Made by a program: the position numbers and the translations under genes. This document shows positions 57,151-64,000 of a stretch of 64,000 nt of DNA, piece by piece. The notes under the pieces are model-generated. The model did not search any database. It was not told the DNA's origin and was given only the letters and a program-made list of their open reading frames with translations. The first letter of the stretch is position 1. Each line of letters begins with the position of its first letter. The stretch is from an uncultured Bacteroidaceae bacterium (GTDB lineage: Bacteria; Bacteroidota; Bacteroidia; Bacteroidales; P3): positions 33,338-97,337 of the forward strand of contig CAZXEN010000002.1 of the NCBI GenBank assembly GCA_964639765.1, read 5' to 3'.

Positions 57151-57158
57151 TATTTTTG
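57151..57158 (+). promoter_or_regulatory. -7 box TATTTTTG for the 57183 gene
   Basis: Exact TAnnTTTG match 25 nt upstream of the ATG at 57183. This argues against the longer ORF start at 57135. Confidence 0.5.
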
Positions 57159-57182
57159 CAGTCAATAAAAAATACGTATTTT

Positions 57183-58598
57183 ATGAACCGTAACAGAATA
57201 AAAGCATATATCCTTATATTGGTCTCTTGTATGCTACTTAGTGTCAATGCACAAGTGAAAGACTATAAGAATCTTCCTGATTTTGACAATCAAGACTATC
57301 AGCAGCATCTTAATTTTATGATAACGCCAGGTGCAATGGTTGGTCAGACTCTTTATCTTCAGGAAGTGGAAGATGAATTGATTAATTATTTTTATGTAGG
57401 TGCTGTCGGCGTACATGAAAAAGGAGACAAATCCGGTGTTACCTTCTATAAACTAACACGCATGAGTAAAGACAAAATGCAAAGTCTTAAAGGTAAGTGG
57501 TTTATTGTTGTGGATTATGTAGCAGATCAGTTTGCCTATAATCGTATATATGATGCGGTGAAAGAGAAAAGAGATTTCTCCAAGATGCGTCGTCCTTTTA
57601 TGAAGTTGCTTATTGGAAATACCAAAGATACAATCTTTTATGAGTATCAGAATTTCTACAATCAATATCATTTTCCTTTCACTCCAATGTCATACTACAA
57701 CCATGCCAAGAATGAATATCCGCATGAAACATACGCTTTTGAAGACCTGAATCTTATAACATACGATACCAATGCAAATTATGCTATAGTACCAAACCAA
57801 CTTATAGGCCAAAAGCTTACACTTCCGGAAGTTACAGATGCAACCCTTGAGCGATTGTACAATGGTATGCGTCTGCATAACTATCCTGACGACAGCAGAA
57901 AGTATTCTTTTACGGAATATCCTATAGCAAAAGGTAAGATGCTCAAAAATAAAACTTTCATAGTAAAGGATATAGCCTTTGATGCAGAAAGTCTTACAAA
58001 CGTATATCTTAAATTGGTACAGCCAAATTCAAGAGACACTATCTACTACAAATATCCTACAAAACACGAAAGACATCTGTTTTCTTTCGTTATAGACAGC
58101 TATCTAAAGAAATTACGTCAGACTTACAAGGACAGGGAATTTACTGTCAGAGGTGACAAGTATGCTTTAACCGTTACAGACATAAAAAGAAAGAATAAAC
58201 TCACTCTTCATCAAGGAGAAGTTTTCCATTGTCTTGATGTAGTGGTAAAGGATGGTAAGTTTCAAATGCTTATGCGTACCGAAAAAGGCAGAAAGTTTTA
58301 TATGCCAGAGGATTATGAATTAGGAGATATGCTTTCTTTCAACAAATACCTGTCAACTGAAAAGATAGAGAAATATAGGGATACCTATCCTACCTACTAT
58401 AAAGCCATACTTCAAAAAGAACTTATAAAAGGTATGACCATGGACATGGTAGAACAAAGCTGGGGAAAACCAGAACGCAGCGTAAAGACCAATTTCGACG
58501 GTAGCGACCAGCAATGGTTCTATATGGGAAACATATACATCATATTCAAAAACAATATCCTACATCGTGTAGCCATGATTCCAAAAGAGATGAGATAA
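57183..58598 (+). CDS. Exported hypothetical protein with an internal ~170-aa duplication and a BamE/SmpA-like C-terminal module
   Basis: Signal peptide ..LSVNAQ. Paired segments include ITPGAMVGQTLYLQEVEDEL/IVPNQLIGQKLTLPEVTDAT, LKGKWFIVVDY/LKNKTFIVKDI and TKDTIFYEY/SRDTIYYKY. The C-terminus reads GMTMDMVEQSWGKPE. Confidence 0.6.
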   Translation: MNRNRIKAYILILVSCMLLSVNAQVKDYKNLPDFDNQDYQQHLNFMITPGAMVGQTLYLQEVEDELINYFYVGAVGVHEKGDKSGVTFYKLTRMSKDKMQSLKGKWFIVVDYVADQFAYNRIYDAVKEKRDFSKMRRPFMKLLIGNTKDTIFYEYQNFYNQYHFPFTPMSYYNHAKNEYPHETYAFEDLNLITYDTNANYAIVPNQLIGQKLTLPEVTDATLERLYNGMRLHNYPDDSRKYSFTEYPIAKGKMLKNKTFIVKDIAFDAESLTNVYLKLVQPNSRDTIYYKYPTKHERHLFSFVIDSYLKKLRQTYKDREFTVRGDKYALTVTDIKRKNKLTLHQGEVFHCLDVVVKDGKFQMLMRTEKGRKFYMPEDYELGDMLSFNKYLSTEKIEKYRDTYPTYYKAILQKELIKGMTMDMVEQSWGKPERSVKTNFDGSDQQWFYMGNIYIIFKNNILHRVAMIPKEMR

Positions 58599-58623
58599 GA
58601 CCTGCTTTGATGCTGAAAAAACT

Positions 58624-60030
58624 ATGGACGAACAAGAAAAAGAGATATTAGACTTAGTAAAACGCTATGAAAATATGGTCAATAACCAGAAATCTTCATG
58701 GTTTGATTCCATGGAACTGGTGGATATTATAGACTATTATGACGAAAAAGAGGAAGACGACAAATTGGAGGAAGTTACCCTTAGAGCATATAAACTGTTC
58801 CCAAATGAAGAGGACGTGGTAGTAAGAATGGTTAATCTTTTTCTTAGCAAAGAAGATTACAGAAAAGCGGAAAAACTTATAAAAGAATATACAAAAAAAC
58901 ATCATTCAGAAGAACTTCAAGGACTTCTCGCAGCTGTGTATGTAGAGTCAAACACTCATTTGAAAAAAGCTGAAGAAATACTAAAGGAACTACTTATAAG
59001 TGATAGTGATTTAGATTCTTACTATCGTTATCTTTTAGCTCGCATTTATATTGGCAAAAACAAATTCGTTGATGCTGAAAAACTGCTTAGAAATGTTGTA
59101 AAGGAACATTATGATGACTGGTATTTGCTGATGAACTACGTAAAATGTGCTACTGACAAACAGATGACTGCGACAGTTTTCAAAGTAATACGAGGCATTC
59201 TTAACAAACATCCTTTTGAGGACAGGGTATGGGTTGCCTTGTCTATTGCATATTATGAGACCTACTATATAGATAAAGCTCTGGATGCCATCAATTATGC
59301 CATTGCCATAGACTCAGAAGAAGAAACTCGTCACGCTCTAAAAGCCAACATAGTAATAGCTCTTGGCAGAGAAGACGAATATATATCTGAATCTCTCATT
59401 GCTGCAGAGTATTCACCGGAAAAATATACTTATTACGAAGGTATTGCAAAGGCTTATCTGAACAAAAGAGAAATAAACAACGCAATAAAATACTACAATA
59501 AAGCATTGGAATACGAGCAGTTAGGAATTTCTCTTCCGGAATCAGATCTTGGACTGGTGGAATGCTATCTGCTTATGAACAACACAGCTTTAGCATCCAA
59601 ACAACTTGACAGAGCCTTGGCCAAAGATTATAACTTAGCTTATTATCTTGGTTTTGCAGATAGGATTAACAGTCTTGGATTTGTAAATCTTAGTGAAGAA
59701 ATATTTTCTGAATTATCGCTGAGCGACAATGAGTTTATATCTGTTATGTCCACTGTTTCTTTAGCTTATTTACGGGCAGATAAAGACAATCTGTTCTATG
59801 CTATAAAGACGCTGGAAGATGCTATAAAAAACACCAATGGATATGACACTTTGTACTACGCTCTTTTAGACCTTTCATGCAGAGACAGCAAATACATAGC
59901 CTATACAAAAAAGGCTATGCAACATATTATAAATCAGAAAGGTTTTAAAAAAGAAATAAAGGAAAACTTTCCTTCTTTGCTAAAGAACAGTAATTATCTC
60001 AGATGTTTAAAAGAATTAGTAAATGAATAA
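58624..60030 (+). CDS. Tetratricopeptide (TPR) repeat protein
   Basis: 468-aa all-helical ORF with repeated A/Y/L-spaced 34-residue-like units (e.g. AIKYYNKALEYEQ). Confidence 0.65.
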   Translation: MDEQEKEILDLVKRYENMVNNQKSSWFDSMELVDIIDYYDEKEEDDKLEEVTLRAYKLFPNEEDVVVRMVNLFLSKEDYRKAEKLIKEYTKKHHSEELQGLLAAVYVESNTHLKKAEEILKELLISDSDLDSYYRYLLARIYIGKNKFVDAEKLLRNVVKEHYDDWYLLMNYVKCATDKQMTATVFKVIRGILNKHPFEDRVWVALSIAYYETYYIDKALDAINYAIAIDSEEETRHALKANIVIALGREDEYISESLIAAEYSPEKYTYYEGIAKAYLNKREINNAIKYYNKALEYEQLGISLPESDLGLVECYLLMNNTALASKQLDRALAKDYNLAYYLGFADRINSLGFVNLSEEIFSELSLSDNEFISVMSTVSLAYLRADKDNLFYAIKTLEDAIKNTNGYDTLYYALLDLSCRDSKYIAYTKKAMQHIINQKGFKKEIKENFPSLLKNSNYLRCLKELVNE

Positions 60031-60760
60031 GGCAGCAATCTTTTTTCTATGTCTTTTCTCTGCTTTGGTATCTCTTGACTTACAGGCAGCAGAAACACTT
60101 CCAGCAAGCGAAAATTCACAACAAGTAAGCACAATCGGAAAAGTTATCTCATGGTATAACGACAATCTCAACTATGGTTCCATTACTCTTTTGATGGCGA
60201 TAGAAAGTTCTTTCATACCTTTTCCTTCAGAGGTAATCATACCCCCTGCAGCCTACAAATCATTGGAAGAAAACAGCGGATTGAATATTTTTCTTGTAGT
60301 GCTTTTCGGTACTGTCGGTGCATTGATAGGAGCACTTATAAACTACCTGCTTGCAATGTGGCTCGGCAGACCTATAATATATAAGTTTGCAGACTCTAAA
60401 ATAGGACATTTATGTTTATTAAGTAAAGAAAAAGTTGAGCATGCTGAAGCATATTTTGTCAAGCATGGCAAGGCTTCTACATTTGTCGGAAGATTGGTTC
60501 CTGCTGTGCGTCAGTTGATATCCATTCCTGCTGGCATAGCCAAAATGAAACTGCACATATTCCTGCTTTACACTTTCTTTGGTGCAGGTATGTGGAACAT
60601 TGTTCTGGCTTTCTTGGGTTATATTGCAAAAGGACAGGAAGATTTGATTTCAAAATACAGCAGCGAGCTTTCGTATGTTCTGCTCGGAGTTGGAGTTTTG
60701 TTTGTTGCATACTTGATTTACAACGGTCTGAAGAAGAACAAAAACACAGCAAAGAAATAA
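60023..60760 (+). CDS. DedA family membrane protein
   Basis: 245-aa ORF with the DedA signature region ESSFIPFPSEVIIPPAAY and GRLVPAVRQLISIPAG. Confidence 0.8.
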   Translation: MNKAAIFFLCLFSALVSLDLQAAETLPASENSQQVSTIGKVISWYNDNLNYGSITLLMAIESSFIPFPSEVIIPPAAYKSLEENSGLNIFLVVLFGTVGALIGALINYLLAMWLGRPIIYKFADSKIGHLCLLSKEKVEHAEAYFVKHGKASTFVGRLVPAVRQLISIPAGIAKMKLHIFLLYTFFGAGMWNIVLAFLGYIAKGQEDLISKYSSELSYVLLGVGVLFVAYLIYNGLKKNKNTAKK

Positions 60761-61521
60761 TGCTTCAACAAAATCTTTTTGGTCTTATCGGCTATCCTCT
60801 TTCTCATTCTTTTTCTGAGAGATATTTCACCCAAAAGTTTGACTCTCTTGGATTGAAAGACTGTTCATACAAACTTTTTGAACTGAACAGCGAAAGCGAG
60901 ATACTGAACCTTATACAGCAAAATCCAAATCTTTGCGGCTTGAATATTACCTCTCCATACAAACAAAGCATAATTCCGTATCTGGACAGCATAGATGCTG
61001 TTGCAAAAGAAATAAATTCCGTCAATACCATAAAAATCCAAGAACACAGACTCATAGGTTACAACACTGATTATCTTGGTTTCAGATACTCGCTGGAACA
61101 AAACACCGATGTTTCCAAGATAAAACAGGCTGTGGTTCTCGGTTCAGGAGGTGCAGGTCAGAGCGTTGCATACGTTTTCAAATCACTCAACATCCCCTGC
61201 CTCATGGTTTCACGCACAAGACAGAACAACGAAAAAGACAGACACCTTATCAACTACGAAACCCTTAACTCCATGGAATTCAAGCCTGATACCATATTTG
61301 TAAATGCAACTCCTTGTGGCACGCACGGCAAAAATGAAAACACCATTCCAGATATAGACACAAAAAAAATCAACAAGGGGCATATTGTCTTCGACCTTAT
61401 TTACAACCCCTCTCCTACTCTTCTGCTGGGTATTGCTGGAAAAAGCGGAGCAAAGACCATTAACGGTTTGCAGATGCTGTATTCCCAGGCAGAATATTCG
61501 TGGCAAATATGGAACAAATAA
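60760..61521 (+). CDS. aroE: Shikimate dehydrogenase
   Basis: It starts at MLQQNLFGLIGYPLSHSFS (the AroE N-terminal motif) and has NITSPYK, NTD and GSGGAG blocks. The ATG overlaps the DedA stop (TAATG). The 56 upstream codons of the listed ORF overlap DedA and are rejected. Confidence 0.85.
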   Translation: MLQQNLFGLIGYPLSHSFSERYFTQKFDSLGLKDCSYKLFELNSESEILNLIQQNPNLCGLNITSPYKQSIIPYLDSIDAVAKEINSVNTIKIQEHRLIGYNTDYLGFRYSLEQNTDVSKIKQAVVLGSGGAGQSVAYVFKSLNIPCLMVSRTRQNNEKDRHLINYETLNSMEFKPDTIFVNATPCGTHGKNENTIPDIDTKKINKGHIVFDLIYNPSPTLLLGIAGKSGAKTINGLQMLYSQAEYSWQIWNK

Positions 61522-61530
61522 ACAATAATT

Positions 61531-62430
61531 ATGGGAGTAGATATTTTCAGGAAATACATTTGGTTCGTTTCTGTCATAAATCGCTATAACGGTATCACAT
61601 TAAAAGAATTAAACGATTTATACAAAGAAAACGGCTCCATTTCAAACGGGGAAAACTTCAACGAACGCACCTTTCACCGCTGGAGAGAGAAGATTTACGA
61701 AATATTCGGTATAGATATTGTCTGTGACAAGAACAGATACTACATAGACAACAAGGACGACCTGAAGGGAAACAACACAAGGCTGTGGCTAATGGAGACT
61801 ATTGCCACACATAACCTGATTGCCGAGAACTATAGCCTCAAAGACAGGATAATATTGGAAAGTCAGCCGTCTTCAGAAAACCTCAGAATGATACTCAACT
61901 CAATGAAAAACAGCACAAAGATAGATATTCACTACAAAAAATTCAGCGACGAGAAAGAAAAATCCTTAAGGTTGCAGCCCTACTGTGTAAAATCTTTTCA
62001 CAGACGCTGGTATATGCTGGCAAAGAGAGAGAGCGGAGAACTCAAGACCTACGCCCTGGACAGGATAACCGACATAAAAAACACGGATATCAAGTTTGAG
62101 ATAGACAAGGATTTCTATGCAAAGGACTATTTTTATGGATCTTTCGGAATATATGCAGACAAAAACATCAAGGCTCAAAACATTGAGATAAAGGTTTTTG
62201 GAGAAGAGGTGAAATATTTTCGCACCCTTCCTCTTCATCACAGCCAGAAGGAAACAGAAACCAAGGAAGACTATTCCGTTTTCTCCTATTACCTTTCGCC
62301 GAGCTATGATTTTGTCATGGAACTCCTGTCCTACAACAACACAATAGAGGTTCTGTCGCCTGAAAGCCTGAGACAGGAAATCAAGAACAGATTAGAAACA
62401 AGCTTAAATCGTTATAAATCACAAAATTAA
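61531..62430 (+). CDS. WYL domain-containing putative transcriptional regulator
   Basis: 299-aa ORF with an N-terminal HTH-like segment. The central part, LRLQPYCVKSFHRRWYMLAKRESGELKTYALDRI, is typical of WYL domains. Confidence 0.65.
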   Translation: MGVDIFRKYIWFVSVINRYNGITLKELNDLYKENGSISNGENFNERTFHRWREKIYEIFGIDIVCDKNRYYIDNKDDLKGNNTRLWLMETIATHNLIAENYSLKDRIILESQPSSENLRMILNSMKNSTKIDIHYKKFSDEKEKSLRLQPYCVKSFHRRWYMLAKRESGELKTYALDRITDIKNTDIKFEIDKDFYAKDYFYGSFGIYADKNIKAQNIEIKVFGEEVKYFRTLPLHHSQKETETKEDYSVFSYYLSPSYDFVMELLSYNNTIEVLSPESLRQEIKNRLETSLNRYKSQN

Positions 62431-62457
62431 AAGTATTTGAAACAAAACATTAAGGCC

Positions 62458-62550
62458 TCTTGAAAGAAGAGTTGATCTTTTTCAAAAAAGTCTTGATGTT
62501 TATACCAAAAAGAGTTGATCTTTTTTTCTAAAAACCAACTCTTTTTTTTG
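62458..62550. repeat. A-tract/GAGTTGATC-GTCTTGATG/T-tract units (dispersed repeat family, locus E)
   Basis: The ttgat cores lie at 62472, 62493 and 62516, with an inverted ccaactc at about 62535. The period is 21-23 bp. The array sits between two convergent genes. Confidence 0.8.
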
Positions 62551-62576
62551 TAGAATAAAAAGCTCTATAAAGAACC

Positions 62577-63680
62577 TTATTCTTTCAGAGAAAGAAAATA
62601 CTCATCTATAAGCTTTTGTGCTATTATATAAGCAGAAACTTTATTGTCAAGTATGTCGTCCTTTGCTATCTCAAGTTTTTGTTTTGCAACCTCGCTCTCA
62701 TAAAACCTATCCAGCAGAGTCTGTGAAATACTTTCAGAAAGAATCCTAAGATTCTGGGTATTACGGTTTTTATAGAAGAAACCTGTCTTTTTTGTCATTT
62801 CCACATAGTCAAGAACGTTCTGCCAGATGTCATCTATACCCATTTTGGAATAAGCAGAACAAGTAAAAACCTTTGGTTGCCAGCCACTCTCCTGAGGCGG
62901 AAACAGATGAAGCGCATTCCTGTAATTCACGGCGGCAAGTTCCGAACGTTCCTTTTCCTTGCCTTCTGCCTTATTGATAGCTATTGCATCTGCCATTTCC
63001 ATAATACCTCGTTTGATGCCTTGCAGTTCATCACCAGCATTGGCCAATTGAAGCAAAAGAAAGAAATCCACCATGGAATGAGCCAGGACTTCACTCTGTC
63101 CGACACCAACAGTCTCCACAATGACCACATCAAAGCCGGCAGCTTCGCAAAGAATTATTATCTCTCTTGTCTTTCTTGCGACACCGCCCAAGCTTCCTGC
63201 TGAAGGAGAAGGACGAATAAAAGCATTGGGATCGGAAGACAACAGCTCCATACGTGTTTTGTCTCCAAGAATACTTCCTCCGCTTCTTTCACTGCTTGGG
63301 TCTATTGCCAAAACAGCAACCTTGTGTCCTTGGGAAGTAAGTTTCTTGCCCAACACCTCAATAACAGAACTTTTTCCTACTCCTGGCACTCCTGTAATAC
63401 CTAATCTTATGCTGTTGCCTGAATGTTTCAGACAGCGTTCTATTACCTGCTGTGCCAAAAGCTGATGTTTATACAGGCTGCTTTCCACCAAAGTTATCGC
63501 CCTTGCCAAGATTGTACGGTTACCGCTCAGGATACCTTCCACATAATCATCGGCAGACAACTGCTTTACCTTCTTTACTGTTTTGAGAAAGTCCTTGTTT
63601 ACACCCTGTCTCTGGTCTGTACCTTGGGTAACCTTGAGTGCAGAGTTAGGATTGTTCTTGTCTATTACTTGGTCGTACAT
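62577..63680 (-). CDS. meaB: Methylmalonyl-CoA mutase-associated G-protein chaperone MeaB (ArgK)
   Basis: 367-aa ORF with P-loop GITGVPGVGKSS, VETVGVGQSE and NKAEG (NKxD-like) motifs. Confidence 0.9.
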   Translation of the reverse strand: MYDQVIDKNNPNSALKVTQGTDQRQGVNKDFLKTVKKVKQLSADDYVEGILSGNRTILARAITLVESSLYKHQLLAQQVIERCLKHSGNSIRLGITGVPGVGKSSVIEVLGKKLTSQGHKVAVLAIDPSSERSGGSILGDKTRMELLSSDPNAFIRPSPSAGSLGGVARKTREIIILCEAAGFDVVIVETVGVGQSEVLAHSMVDFFLLLQLANAGDELQGIKRGIMEMADAIAINKAEGKEKERSELAAVNYRNALHLFPPQESGWQPKVFTCSAYSKMGIDDIWQNVLDYVEMTKKTGFFYKNRNTQNLRILSESISQTLLDRFYESEVAKQKLEIAKDDILDNKVSAYIIAQKLIDEYFLSLKE

Positions 63681-63688
63681 ATAATAAA

Positions 63689-64000
63689 TTATTTTCTAAA
63701 GAATAATCCTGTGTTTGCCTGAGCCGTAGGCATGATAACCAAGTCATTTATATTAACATGTTCAGCAAGCAACACACAATAGGTTATGGCATCGGCCACA
63801 TCTTCGCCTGTAAGTGGAGTAAAGCCCTTGTAGGTGGCATCATTCTTTTCCTTGTCACCTTTGAATCTTACCATGGAGAATTCAGTCTCAACTGCACCAG
63901 GGCATATATTTGTTACCTTTATGTTATAAGGAAGACAGTCTATACGCATACCTTTGCTTATCGCATCAACAGCATGTTTCACGGCACAATATACACTTCC
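63689..64000 (-). CDS. Short-chain dehydrogenase/reductase (SDR), C-terminal part, truncated by the window edge
   Basis: The ORF stays open to position 64000. Hand translation of the last 18 nt gives GSVYCAVKHAVDA, which contains the SDR catalytic YxxxK. NICPGAVETEF follows downstream. Confidence 0.75.
   Translation of the reverse strand, partial: GSVYCAVKHAVDAISKGMRIDCLPYNIKVTNICPGAVETEFSMVRFKGDKEKNDATYKGFTPLTGEDVADAITYCVLLAEHVNINDLVIMPTAQANTGLFFRK

Noticed and set aside
60592-60759. 56-codon N-terminal extension of aroE
   Set aside because: It lies entirely within the DedA coding region in another frame. The AroE N-terminal motif begins at the ATG at 60760.

Overview
This is an AT-rich chromosomal segment that looks Bacteroidales-type. 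The supporting signs are an LpxC-FabZ fusion gene, many TAnnTTTG -7 promoter boxes 10-80 nt upstream of start codons, almost no Shine-Dalgarno signals, and a Na+-pumping methylmalonyl-CoA decarboxylase operon. I can support about 57 protein-coding genes and 3 tRNAs: Ser-CGA, Glu-CTC and Arg-CCT. I see no rRNA, no CRISPR array, and no transposase, integrase or phage genes. Most of the content is housekeeping. This includes the propionate-pathway genes mce-mmdA-oadG-like-mmdC-mmdB, plus meaB and a PduO-type adenosyltransferase elsewhere. It also includes a split transketolase, aconitase, purA, grpE-dnaJ, rimP-nusA-infB, smpB, lpxC/fabZ-lpxA-fabG, trmD, miaA, coaD, aroE, mltG and nrnA. The least ordinary locus is a minus-strand operon at 36.1-39.7 kb. 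It encodes a small [2Fe-2S] ferredoxin-like protein, a HydS-type (putatively H2-sensing) [FeFe]-hydrogenase homologue with a C-terminal PAS domain, a PP2C/SpoIIE phosphatase, and a second ferredoxin-like protein. No phosphatase substrate, kinase, catalytic hydrogenase or maturase is visible in the window. Other points worth a second look are listed here.
- A dispersed family of phased A-tract/core/T-tract tandem units occupies at least seven intergenic regions.
- Two tandem paralogous ~40-aa hydrophobic mini-ORFs share a conserved promoter/5' end and a 3' palindrome.
- A secreted VWA protein is wedged between the two transketolase halves.
- A duplicated TlpA-like thioredoxin-fold lipoprotein has lost CxxC in both modules.
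- An orphan FrdC-like cytochrome b gene has no frdAB next to it.
- A 31-bp perfect inverted repeat, containing a promoter, brackets a 3-gene block.

All functional calls come from reading motifs in the supplied translations. No database search was run.
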